From contig CM052837.1 of assembly GCA_028534125.1 (NCBI GenBank), forward strand, positions 33,294,001-33,358,000: a stretch of DNA of 64,000 nt, given 5' to 3'. Below, piece by piece: positions 12,701 to 24,240 of the stretch. The notes beneath the pieces are model-generated. The model made no database searches, was not told where the DNA came from, and saw only the letters and a program-made list of their open reading frames with translations. Both the position numbers and the translations under genes were made by a program. Each line of letters opens with the position of its first letter. The stretch's first letter is position 1. Source of the stretch: Lama glama. Lineage: Eukaryota.

Positions 12701-13782
12701 TCCAGGCAGTTGAGGCCTGGAAGCGGCGGGTTTGGTGTTAGTGGATCTTTTGAATTTTGGCGACAAAGAGCAAGATATCTCAAGATTTAATGTGAGAGGT
12801 TCCCCACTTTTTATTGGTAGTGGCTGATTCAACTTTTAAAAACACAGTTCTTGGTGACTTACACCACAGCTGTAGGTAGAATAGCGTCCGCAGTCAGAGG
12901 TAGACCAAACTGGCCTGTGTGGGGAGAGGGGCTGCTGACCCGGCAGGATGAGGGGCAGCCAGCAATGTGGAAAGAAGACGCAGGAAGCCCGCGGGGGAGG
13001 AGCGGGAGCGAGGCCATCGGGCAGTGGGAGCAGACGCAGCTCCTTCTCCCTCTTGGCCGCGGGCTCAGGAGGGTTGTTTACGCCAGAGCCCCAGCCCCAA
13101 GCCCCACTGGGCCTATCTCCACCTGAGTCTGTGCCTACGGATTCTTTTTCATTCCCTCTCCAAGGAGGACACCCCCTGGGGAAGGCTCTACCCAAATCTC
13201 CCACATCCCGGAGCTTCCCCGGGGCCCTCCCTGCAGTGACGCTGGAAAGCAAGCTCCTGTTCCTCAGAGGCAGCCCCAGCTACGTGTCCTCTTTCATCCT
13301 TCCTAGAACTGACTCCTCTCTGGGGCTCCAGCCTCCGGACTCTGGGGTCAGAGGAAGGTCATTTCAGTGGTGAAGGCTTACCCAACTCACCCTTGACAAG
13401 GAGCCAACTTTGACCGGAAGCGGTGGGTTCTGGACACAGAACCACAGCACGCAACCCAGCTAAGTCCACAGCAGACGCTGACTGACGTCTTTATGTGTTG
13501 GGAGGTGCTGGGAAAGCTTTTAAGAAAAAGAGCACTTGCATGTCTTGTCTTGTCTTGTGTTGAGGATGTTTTCTGTCAAAGATCCCAGGCACAGTGGGTC
13601 TCTTACTGTTACTGCTCTGGACACAGGAGACAAGGAGGCCTCTCTGGTCTCAGCATGCAGTTGTGCCCACAGCCCAGATTTGCCCCAGTGATCCACAAGG
13701 GATATGTAGCCATCAGATGGTAAGGGCCAAAGTCCCAGGTGGAGTCGAGAGGAATCCAATGAGACTCCCTTATGTTTTCTCC

Positions 13783-13801
13783 CGTCCACCAGGGGGCGCA
13801 C
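13783..13801 (+). promoter_or_regulatory. CTCF motif
   Basis: CGTCCACCAGGGGGCGCAC, near-perfect match to the CCACCAGGGGGCGC core. Confidence 0.65.
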
Positions 13802-13829
13802 TTCTCCCAGCAAGGGAGATGCAGCAGCG

Positions 13830-14212
13830 TGTACTGTCATCTGTCAGTATGGGGGGTGGTCAGGATTGGTCCAGGACTCTCACGGATCCGGGGATCCGTG
13901 GTGTAGCATTGGCATATAACCTACACACATCTTCCCGTACACTTTAAATCTTTAGGTTACTCAGAATACCCAATGTAATGTAAAAGCTGGGTATTGTAAA
14001 TACAATGTAAATGTCAGGTAAATAGTTGCCATTGCTGGTCAATGTTAATAGTTGCTGGTTTATGTAAAGGGTTGCTGCACACCAGTGAGTGGCAGCTATT
14101 TACATAGTATTCAAGTTTTGCTTTTTGGAACTTTCTGGAATTTTTCTCCCAAATATTTTTTATCTGAAATTGGTTGAATCCATGGGTGAGGAACTTGCAG
14201 ATACACAGGGTA
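13830..14212. mobile_element. MER2-like (TcMar-Tigger) DNA transposon
   Basis: Segments gcatataacctacacacatc...tacactttaaatc and gctttttggaactttctggaa...ttggttgaatccatgg. Confidence 0.65.
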
Positions 14213-14265
14213 TGTCATGTTTCTGCCTGAGGGAGGCTAGTCAGGGACATGGTGCTGAGAGCTGC

Positions 14266-15114
14266 ATCCTGGAGAGCCACCCGCGGGGACACAGGCGGCT
14301 GTACCATAGGAAAGCGTGAAGCTGCAGCAGTCGCCGGTGCTGGTGGAGCCGGTGCCCCGCCCTGTGCTGTACCCCTGCGGTGTGACCTTCGGTCTTGCCT
14401 CAGCCCGACCACGACCACGTTGGGAGTTCAGTTCATTCCCCATTTAACAGACGCGGTAACTGAGGCCAAGGTCCAGGCAGTGAGGCTCTGGAGAACAAGA
14501 GGGAAACAAACCCAGAGCGGATGTGGCCCGAATCCTGTCCTCTGCAGCGCCTGGTCCCCAGTGGGAGTGACCCAGGCCGCCGCAGCCCAGGGAAGAGCTG
14601 AAACACAGGCCTCGCCTCCAGAAAGGTCCTTCCCCTCCCCCGCTGGGATGTAGCCCAGTTACTCTAGTTGGCCACCCCCCTAAACTCCAGAACAGTGGTT
14701 CTCGCAGCCTAGGTCCCCACAGCCAGCATCCGCAGGACCTGAGAAAACATTAGAAATGGAAATCATGGGTCCCAGCCTAGAACTCCTGGATCAGAAGCTG
14801 GTGGTGGGTCCCAGAGACCCCCGGGGAGACTCTGATGTCAGGTCAGGCTCACAGACCTCTCTCTGCATCTAAAATGTGACATCGTGGCTTCTTTGCTTTC
14901 AGCCTTTGCTCAGCTGGGTATGGCATCTCCCAGGCTCTGGTTAAGTCAGTCATCTTGAGATGAGCCAGCAGTAGGTGCTCAACAAGAATTACTAATAATT
15001 CCTTAAACATTTCCTAACCGCCCACTCTGTGCCTGGGTCTTTGCACAGGACCCCTGCTCCCGCGTGCGCCTAGAGGTCATGTCCAGTGGGGACACCTGTA
15101 AGCAGAGAAGCCCA
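14266..15114 (+). repeat. Arm A of the ~850-bp inverted segmental duplication (RTF2 intron)
   Basis: Reverse complement of 55167-56019. By-eye alignment gives ~33 substitutions and one 4-bp indel (~96%). Confidence 0.95.
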
Positions 15115-15366
15115 ACAGAGAAAATGGGAGGAACCCTTCAGAATCCAAGTTCCCAGACATCAGCTGGGTCCAGACTTGCAGGCAGGCCTGCCATGCTAAC
15201 CTCAGATGGAAACTTGCCCAAGCAGAGCTCGGGCTCAGAAGCTGTCCAGGATGCAGGCGAGAACACAGGAGCTCGAGGACCTGTGGTTGGGCCAAGAGTG
15301 AGGGTCTGAGGGTGGCAGCTTTCCGTGGGGTGACGGAATCTTTCTTCTCTCTTTTTTCCTCTCCAG

Positions 15367-15480
15367 TGCGGGGCTGCCTTCCAGGAGGATGACGTCATCG
15401 TGCTCAATGGCACCAAGGAGGACGTGGAAGTGCTGAAGGGAAGGATGGAGGAGAGAAGGCTTCGAGCGAAGCTGGGAAAG
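15367..15480 (+). CDS. RTF2: RTF2 internal coding exon (CGAAFQEDDVIVLNGTKEDVEVLKGRMEERRLRAKLGK)
   Basis: Long pyrimidine tract ending ctccag|TGC; donor AAG|gtacc; 114 nt, phase 0. Peptide recognised as replication termination factor 2 (RTFDC1/C20orf43). Confidence 0.93.
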
Positions 15481-15981
15481 GTACCAGGGTCCTGGTGTCT
15501 GTCCCTTACCGCCCCGAAGTAAAGTCTTCAGGTCCTGCCCCCCCGCCCCTCCGCCCTGGAGTGATAGCGAACCACACGACTGCGTCACTGGCAGCTGCTT
15601 CGGGGTGTGCAGTGATTGAGGCGGTTTTTATGACCTGGAGGGGCCTGGGCTCTAGAAGCATTCCAGTCTCAGCCCGGCTGCACCTCACTGTGCTGGGCGC
15701 GCACTTCTGCTCTTCTGCTCTTCTTCTCTTCTGCCCTTCTGCGCTCAGCTTCCTTGTCAGGGAGGAGGGGCTGGTGCAGGGGACGCCTGCTGTTAGGACG
15801 GCAGAAAAGTTCACGCCCATAAGTCACGGCCCAGAGCGCAGCCCGAGGGCAGGCGGCCACCAGGACTGCTGATTCTGTGTTGACAACGTGTAAGCCAGAG
15901 GAGGAGTGAAGTCACCATCCCCCTAGCGCGTCTGAGGATCCTGTGCTGACCGGGTTTGCAACACCACACACACACCCCTGT

Positions 15982-16006
15982 TCCCAGAGTGAGGAGCCAG
16001 GCAGCC

Positions 16007-16041
<35 letters not shown>

Positions 16042-16065
16042 CAGAGTGAGGAGCCAAGCAGCCTT
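15982..16065. repeat. (CA)n microsatellite flanked by a 27-bp direct repeat
   Basis: TCCCAGAGTGAGGAGCCA(G/A)GCAGCCTT at 15982-16008 and 16039-16065, with about 14-15 AC units between. Confidence 0.9.
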
Positions 16066-18328
16066 CCCGCTGGTGGGAGCCACCTCCCTGGCCTTCCTGA
16101 GCCCCCCGTGGGCTCCTGGAAGGGAGGCCAGCGAGACGCCCTGGTGCAGGCAGCCAGCTCTGGATGGGTGTGCGGGTGCGAAGGCTCTGTTTTACGCTCC
16201 AGGTTCAGAATCACGTTCCACAAGCAGTGGAGTCAGCGCTTAATGATCTGATGTAACAAGCAGGCTCAAAAGGGTTTATTGGCAAAGAAATCATTCAGTG
16301 TGCCATCGATTCTGGATCCAACAGGAATTTTCATTGTTATTCTTGAGTTTATTGATGATAGCTGTGATCTTCTTTCATTCTTAAAAACAAAAAAATGTTA
16401 GGTTCAGGGTAAATGTGGGAGAAACTTCATGTAATCAGAACTAAGACAAAAGAGTGCTTAAAGTATTAGAAAATTAGTTTCAGTGTCCTGAGGACGTAAA
16501 ATTGTGAAAACAAATAGCCTGACTGTTTTTATGCTACTGGTGTACATTTACCAATGATGTAGTAATTAAAGATTTTTCAGGTTTTTTAAAATCATAATAG
16601 AGGAAAGGGCTGGATCATACCACCCTAGAATAAGAAATAATTCACGGCCATAAGACTTTAAAAAGCTGATGCTTGAGAGTGTCAGATCATACTGTTATTA
16701 TGTATGGGGTTCAGAATTCTCAGAAGGAGCCAAACCATTTGCATTTCCTCCTTTTAGCATTGTGCCTAGGTAGAAAATGAAGAATGCGTGTGAATGGTTC
16801 CATAGTATAAGGAATTGTGCCCAGACTTTGTGATCAAATGCTAGTAGACATATTCTCTGAAGCAGTTTTATACAAGGTCATTACAGCATTCATGAGAAAT
16901 AGTTAAAGAGCCACTCTGTCGTTTTAAAGGGGGAAATTCACGTTTAAAAGCAAACTTATGTGTGTTCATCTAAGCCAGTTTTCTAAGTTACTGCAGTCTC
17001 AGTATCGTACAAGCGGAGAAAAGTTTGAGATGTTTCTGACAAAGGACAGTGTCCAAAAGGGTCTGCTTGTTCTTCGTGGCTCCTGCTGATCAAGTTTAGT
17101 TTTTAAAAAGCACGAAAGGGGAAAACTGTATTTTAAAGGAGGCTCCTGGAGACTGGTGTGTCCTTAACCCTCTTCAGTGAGTTCGCCCCTCAGTCCCAGG
17201 CTTCCTGCCGAGTTTGCAAAGCCCAGTGGAACCAACATGCCCCTCTCTGCGAAATCCTCGCTGGAGCTTCTGGGAACGCCTCGTGGATACTGCTGCCAGG
17301 AGACCAAAATGCTGCCCAAATATACCCGCAGCTGGAAACGGGACATGGCGTTTCCTCTCTGACTCCCTGCTGCACTCACATGAGCCCAGCTGTGAATGGA
17401 TGGCTCGCAGATCAGCAGCGTTCTCTTGTTGTTTTGAAAGATGAGGTCGTGCCCTCACGGATTTGAGTGTGTGTCTTCCGTGTGTGGAATGAGCGGTACT
17501 TGCTGTGTGTTTTGTACAAGCGTTACAGATCATTTTGCATGTGCTTATCACAAGTTCAGGGCCACTGCCTGAGCACAGTCTTGGGTGTTTTCTAGCGATC
17601 GGAGCCTCCTGAAGTCATTAGGGTGTGTGTCTTTAGCACCACCTTTTGCATACTTAGGGAGATGGCGTGTTTAAGTAAACTGAGTGAGCGTAGGCCTATG
17701 TATTCTTGTGACTGAAGTAGCTCTAACATGGCTGTGTGGTTTTAGAATGGGTTAGTTTTATTTCTTAAATTGTTGCTGACCAGTGTAACAATCACGAGTG
17801 ACAGAATTCTAACGGGTAATCCAGAGTCGAGGAGAACTGGCTAACGTGTTCCTTAGCACAGGCCTCAAGTCCTTATAGTTAAATAAACAAATGTAGGATC
17901 AGTTTGAGGATTCTGAAGACGTCTTCCTGGAGTGAGTGAGAGTCAGCACACGTGTGCCCTGGCTGGACTTCGTGTTACCCTCCACTCAGCTGCTCTTTTG
18001 CGTGCGGTAGTCACTGTTTACCCTGGCCGTTACCACTGAAATCTGTCATCTTCGTTTACATTCTTTGAGACTGTGGTTTCTGGAATGTAAGTATACAGCT
18101 GAGCAGATCTCTGCAGATGGATGTTGTATGAGGCAGGAGCGCACAACCGGAGACACGCGGGAAGGACGGGGTTTAGGACTGATGAGTTTCAGAGTCTCCT
18201 TCAGGCCGAGCCCCTGGCCTGAGTGAACTGGATCGGCCTCTTGTTGGGCTCCCGGGACGGCAGGAGCCACACTGACGCCGAAATCCGTGAATCCAAGCAC
18301 ATCTGCACCCTCCTCTTTGTTTTCACAG

Positions 18329-18383
18329 AAAGCAAAGAAACCAAAGGCAGCGGAGTCTGTCTCAAAATCAGATGTCAGTGAAG
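18329..18383 (+). CDS. RTF2: RTF2 coding exon (KAKKPKAAESVSKSDVSE)
   Basis: tttcacag|AAA ... GAAG|gtaaga; 55 nt, in frame with the neighbouring exons. Confidence 0.88.
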
Positions 18384-18490
18384 GTAAGACGCTGAAAGAG
18401 TTCTTTGTTTTAGTAAAATAAGGCCATAGGCCTGCTTCCTAAATGAGTTCCTGGTTTTGTTTTGCTTAGCTTATTCTGTTCCTTTTACAG

Positions 18491-18586
18491 AAACCCCAGG
18501 ACCATCAAAAATTAAGACTGGGAAGCCCGAAGAAACCAGCCTTGATTCTAGAGAGAAGAAAACCAACTCGGCTCCCAAAAGTGCAG
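18491..18586 (+). CDS. RTF2: RTF2 coding exon (ETPGPSKIKTGKPEETSLDSREKKTNSAPKSA)
   Basis: ttttacag|AA ... GCAG|gtggg; 96 nt, phase 1 on both sides. Confidence 0.88.
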
Positions 18587-19567
18587 GTGGGTCCTGCGGA
18601 GACGACAGTGGGTGACGCAGAGGCTGGAAATGCAGGTGGTTAGGGCACCGTTTTATTGGAGTGAATTCGGAAACTCAAGCTCATCCTAATTGTGCCTCTA
18701 AACAGTTGTGTGAGCGCGTTTCAGGGCTAACTGAGAAACAGCTGATACGCCGCAGAGCAGAAGCCCTGTGGGGAGGGGGGCCGGGGTCACGGGTGCTAAC
18801 TGTCCAGTTTCCCTGTGGCGTCTGCACTTGGTGCCAGACTGACAAGGCATGCAGAGACCTGGACTCAGACGTCCTGCAGACGCTGATCAGTGGACTGAGG
18901 CTCGGGGCGTTGGTCAGGGCCGTCCCCCTTCCCTCTGAGGCTGGGGTTCTGTGCGCACCACATGTGGCATCAGAGCCAGCCATCCCTCCACCTGCCTCTT
19001 GACCAAGTATCAGAGAGCCATTTGGCGGTTAGTCCAGAATTTAGTCCATTTCTCCCCGAACTCACTACCTTTAACAAAGAAAATGAATTTATTTCACAAA
19101 GAAGAAAAACATGGATTCATTAGGTAAAGGAAAGTGCAATCTTACGCTGTAAATGTCCTCCACAGTGTTGTGGGTCCCAGTACCCCCTCCACGTAGTAAC
19201 TGCTTGGCCTGGGGTGGGTCACACAGCCTCCTGGCGTCTCTGTTTCCACCCCTGTAAGCAGGCTGAGACCACCCCCCACCCCCAGGGAGATCGGTCTGAT
19301 GTAATCATTCGTGGAGCTGGGACCAGTGCCAAGAACAGAGCAAGCAGTGATTTAGTGTGATTTTAAATGACAGATGTAAGTGTAGTAGCTTCATTTCTTT
19401 TTAGGGAGGGGTGGACGATTGAGGTCACACACTTCAGCACTCATCCCCAGAAAGGAGGAGGGAAATTCCTGGGATTAACAGACTTTTTTCTTCCCTTTGG
19501 AGAAAGTGAGGTTTGAATGACCTGTGGGCCCAACCTTAAAGTTTTTGGCTGTTCATTTTTTTTCTAG

Positions 19568-19746
19568 CAGCAAATGGGAGCTCTTCTGGAAAAGCCGGGA
19601 AGCCTCCGTGTGGAGCGACAAAGAGGTCCATCGCCGACAGTGAGGAGTCGGAAGCTTACAAGTCCCTTTTCACGACTCACAGCTCCGCCAAGCGCTCCAA
19701 GGAGGAGTCAGCCCACTGGGTCACCCACACGTCCTACTGCTTCTGA
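19568..19746 (+). CDS. RTF2: RTF2 last coding exon (...KRSIADSEESEAYKSLFTTHSSAKRSKEESAHWVTHTSYCF*)
   Basis: tttttctag|CA acceptor. The conserved RTF2 C-terminus (YKSLFT...WVTHTSYCF) ends at TGA 19744-19746. Confidence 0.95.
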
Positions 19747-20286
19747 AGCCCGCGCCGCGCCCCCACGAGGGAGGGGCTGTGGCCCTGGGCTGTGCTCTGT
19801 GCGCTCTGCTCCAGCTGCATCTGCACGAGGTCAACCCCCCAAACCTCTGCCGCTGCGGTCAGTCCTGCCTGTGAGGCAGGTGGGGGCCCGCGGTGGCCGT
19901 GCCAGCCCCACCCCATCCCCCTCTCCCTCGGGACCGCGCTCCCTTCCCCCTGCAGGTGCACTTGGACCTTCCCGTGGCCCAGAAAGCGTGTTGGTGGCAC
20001 TATTTATGCTTAAAATAATTAAAGACTCCAGATTGCTCATGGTGTGTGGTCGGCTCATTTTGACTAAAATTCTCATGGTTTTGCTGCCAATGGGTAATTA
20101 ATTAAATAAGCCAAGTGAAACTGAACTGAGAAAGGATGGGTTTCAGGTACACTCTGCCTGCAGGGCCGCGGGAGGGAACGTCTGTGCCAGAGAGGGGTCA
20201 CCGCCTGGGTCGAGTACTTGGTGCCCTTCCCGTGTCATCTGGGTGACAGAGGAGATTGACTGGGGCACCTGATGATTTGGTACAAA

Positions 20287-20292
20287 AATAAA
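20287..20292 (+). terminator. RTF2 polyadenylation signal AATAAA (alternative ATTAAA at 20101-20106)
   Basis: AATAAA ~540 nt after the stop codon, followed by a T/GT-rich downstream element. Confidence 0.6.
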
Positions 20293-23200
20293 GCAAGTCT
20301 GAAGTCTGCCTTTTCTCTCATCTATCTGTGTTTTTCTTCTTTCTTCCACTAATGTTTTGGCAAAAAAAAAAGAAAATTGTAGCCATCACATTGTTAGCGA
20401 CAGGAGTAATCCTGTGACGTCAAGTCAGTTTAACGTCCTCGCAGCAGGAGATAGGATTGTCCATAAAACTGGTGTGTTTTATCCATAAAGTGTGTTGAAA
20501 TCAATAATTAACAAAACTCTCTATGAGACAGTGAATTAAGGACCGACCAGGAACATCCGAGTCTCAGGACTGTCTTCTGGAGACACTTGTATTACTGAGA
20601 TGATCGGCTGGTTCTTTATATCAGAACCCGGGGCTCTGGTGTCCCTTAAAAAGCAGAAACAGGAGCTGAGGGAGGAAGGACGGGGGATGGGGGGCAGGCG
20701 GGGAGGGGGCCAGAGAGTCCGCCCTGCCTGCTCTGAGGGTGTATTGACATGAATATAGAAGCATTTTAATCAGAATTACATTAACAGTGCATTTTTGTTG
20801 TGGACTTGTCCAGAACAAACCAGAATCATCTGTTTTCTTTCCCTAATCAATTTGCTGTACAGCTCAGTTAAACCATTTTCTAGTTGTTGCTTTTCTTCCT
20901 CTTTTTTTGTTGTATTATTTTTGTAACAATTAGTGCCTTTTTAACCTGGTTAACATTGTTTTTTACCACCCTGAGTTTTCTACTTTAATTTTATGAAGAA
21001 AACTTGATACATCAGGCCTTTTAGTCGAATGTTACTAATTACACCCTCAGCCATCATGAGGTGATTATTGTTATTTTAAGGCCATTATTTGTACCAACTT
21101 CAGTTTTCTCCATTTTAGCGTTAATCAGTTTTATCTTGCATTGATTATTATTATTTTTTTGCATTGGTTAGTTTGACTTTGTCCAGTTTTTTCTTGTGAC
21201 CCAGCCACAGTGTCCAGCCCTGCCTGTCCTCAAGGTCACATCCACGCTATGCACCCTCCCTCCCGCTCTCCTGTGCCTCTTCCAGCCGGTGCCCCACCCG
21301 GTTACCACCTGCCTCTGGCTTCTCCCTCCCTGAGCCCTTCCCCACTGAGGGAACCCTCCAGCCTAGGAGAGAAAGCCTTGCTTTGGAGAGTGCTTCCAGC
21401 CTCTCATATTTAGTGGGACATCGTGACCTCTGAGGCGTGAGGGGCAGCGCTTACCCCGCTCAAGGGGGGACAGTGTCTGCTCTGCGACTCCCCGCGAGGG
21501 CTGGAGAGCAAGGCGAGAAGGGCTCCTAGCAGTGCCTGATGCTCCACGGAGGACCTGAGCCCTGGGGGCTTCCTCTCACAGGCCTCACAGCCACCAAGAA
21601 GACTGAGGTGGCTGTCCTGCCTCACGGGGGTGACAGCCGAGGCTCAGAGCAGTAGGTGAGATGCTCACGTGCCGGCAGCTCATGTGTCCGGTCGGGACTC
21701 CGGGTGGACTCCCGTGAATACCTGACAGGTGGATAAAGCCCAGAAGCGGTGGGAGGCGTCCCCGCAGGACACCGAGGCCAGGGTTGCAGGAGCGCTGCCG
21801 GCCCTCCCTCCTCCGGGCCACCAGGATCCCCGCCCGCTCTGCCAGCAGCGACGGAGCTGGCAGGAGATCTCCACGTGCTGGCCATCATGTCCTTTATCCC
21901 CAAGAAACGGAAGTCTCCCCAAAATGGACTGAGAAGATGGTCACTCAACTCACAGAACTATTACTACCTTTTGACCCAGAGAGAATTTCAGGTTGAAGAT
22001 CTTCCTAGACTTACCTGGTTTTCTGCTGGTCCTCTTCTGTTGAGAAGTGCTTTAGACTTGAACACAATGCAAGCCAAGAAGACGCGACTCCTGTTGTTAA
22101 ACACACCCCAGCATTTCCACGTAAGGGAAACCGGGTGGGACAAAGCTCTCTGAGCGCCAGATTGTTTGGGGTCACTTATGTAAATCAAGGGAGTCTTTTG
22201 GCCCCTGAGTGCATCACACTGTCCCCACCGAACTCTAGAGCACTATTTGGAGGAGTTGACTTAATGCAGGGTCCATACAGACATGAGGCACCTCAGATTA
22301 CCCTGCAGTGGTTGCCCAGGGCAACAGGACCGACTTCCACAGGAGCCATGTGAGGCTGATCAGGGGAGACTGGGGACAGAGTGTGATTTCAAGGAGGAGA
22401 CCCTGAAGGGCTCAAGATACAACCCCCCACCCTCTTCAGGCATCTGGGAGGGCCCTGTCCCCATGGGCTTCCCCCTTTCCTGCGCGCTCTCTCCCTGACT
22501 CATTTGTTAAGATCAAACTTGAATAGAACTACAAGTTTAATATGAAAAAAAAAAAAGATACACCCCCCCCCGCCCCTTCCCCAGTGGGCAACTCTTAATA
22601 GTAACCCCTCAGGATGAGTGCATTGGTTTAACTATCTATATTCTTCCTTCTAAAAATTTTTTATTGTGATATAATCGACATTGTATAAGTTTCAGTTGGT
22701 GTATATTGTGAAATGATCACCATTTACATGTGACAAGTCTGGTTATAATAGCAGTACCCGTTTCCTAGTCAACCCCTTGGTCTTGCCCCTCCTTAGCCCT
22801 GCCCAGATGGTCTCAGCAGGGAGCCCCCGCCCCGAAGCTGTGGGAGTGTCTGTACCTGGTCTCCGCTCTCAATCCTCCCCTTCTGGTTTTAAATCGTCTT
22901 ACAGAACTTCTCTGTTGCTCAGCATGGTTCGAGGGGACCCTTCATTATATTCAGAACATTTTATCCTAGGGAATCAGGGTCAATCAGATGACCCAGCGGA
23001 ACAACTACATACCCGTGTTCCGTTAATTGGGACTTTTTTGTTTCATGTCATTTTTAGAAAGTGATGGTTTCAAAGGCATTGGCCAGTGAGCCCTGGCTTT
23101 ATTCCTGGCATCTGCCTCGGTTGTCAGACAGTCTGTGTCCCTCTTGCCTCCGAGTCTTCACACCAGCCTAGAGGTCAGCCCCCTCCCAGCTCCTGATCAT

Positions 23201-23895
23201 CCCTCAAATTCTACCCGAGTGTCTTTTTCAGGAGAGTCCGTCCCCTTGTTCTGGTCTCTGAAAGCACTCACTATCTTCTTATCACAACTTAAATGAAATA
23301 AATGATACTCTTAATTCACCTGGGCATCACATACTCAGGTAAGGTCAGTGGGTATAAGTGTGAGGCAGAAGGGAGTGGTGGTGACTGTGGAGAGAACATG
23401 GTCCCCTAGAGGGGCGGTTCCTACTCAGCTCCAGCATAGAGTGGGGCCTAGTGTTATTTATTAGAGCTCTTCCATATTTTCAAAAGGAACTGGAAATCTG
23501 GCCTTTTTAAGTGAGCCCCTCCCACAACATTTAAATATTGGCAAATAATAGTTTTTAGAAACAATGTAGGCCAAAGAAAACACATCCGTGGCTCCTAGTT
23601 TGTAGCCTCTGGTTTAATAGGGGCCCATGCTTTGTCTCCTCTGCTCACCACAATGTCTGGATTCAACAAATGAAAACCGGGAACAGTGCTGGACTCCCAG
23701 TAGAGCAGCGGGGTCGGAAAGAATATACCGACTAGAAGATGGCATTCCATCACTCCTCCATCTCCTTTTTTATTGCCTGCTGGAAATTTCTCCCTTTCCC
23801 TTTAAGTCCTGCTCCCAGGTGACCCCTGTGAGCCGCATTTTCCTCAGCCTGGAAGTCATCACAATGGCCTGAGCTGGTCCTGGCTGGGGCCTCTG

Positions 23896-23903
23896 TGACA
23901 TCA
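23896..23903 (+). promoter_or_regulatory. CRE-like element TGACATCA in the FAM209 proximal promoter region
   Basis: One mismatch to TGACGTCA, ~90 nt upstream of the ATG of a spermatid-expressed gene family. CREM regulation is inferred. Confidence 0.35.
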
Positions 23904-23991
23904 CCAGCGGCCCAGCCCCAGGTCCCCCGTCTCCAGGTGCCAGGGCCAACAAGCCCACCATGAGCAGCTTCCTCCCCCATCTGTGCTCACC

Positions 23992-24240
23992 ATGCGGACG
24001 CTGAAATGGTTCTTGTTCTTGCCTCTGTGCCTCTCCTGCGGCTGTGCCTTTATGTTTTCTTCTCTGAGAGATAAAGCCAAAGAACCCCAGGGGAAGGTGC
24101 CTTGCGGGGGGCACTTTCGAATTAGGCAGAATCTACCAGAGCATGCCCAAGGCTGGCTTGGGAGCAAGTGGCTCTGGCTTTTTTTTGTTGTTGTGCTATA
24201 TGTGATACTGAAGTTTCGAGGAGATAGTGAGAAGAGTAAG
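23992..24240 (+). CDS. FAM209: FAM209 exon 1 ([24 protein letters not shown]...[24 protein letters not shown]): signal peptide plus TM helix
   Basis: caccATG start; hydrophobic N-terminus and TM segment typical of FAM209A/B; donor AAG|gtaagg at 24240/24241. Confidence 0.93.

Noticed and set aside
14249-14653. Near-identical peptides from ORFs at 14249(+) and 55632(-), suggesting a duplicated gene
   Set aside because: The similarity comes from the DNA-level inverted duplication. The ORFs cross a MIR-like relic, use non-ATG starts and resemble no known protein.
19574-20101. 175-aa ORF overlapping the last RTF2 exon and 3' UTR
   Set aside because: Alternative-frame, Pro/Ala/Arg-rich product of a GC-rich UTR with no recognisable homology.
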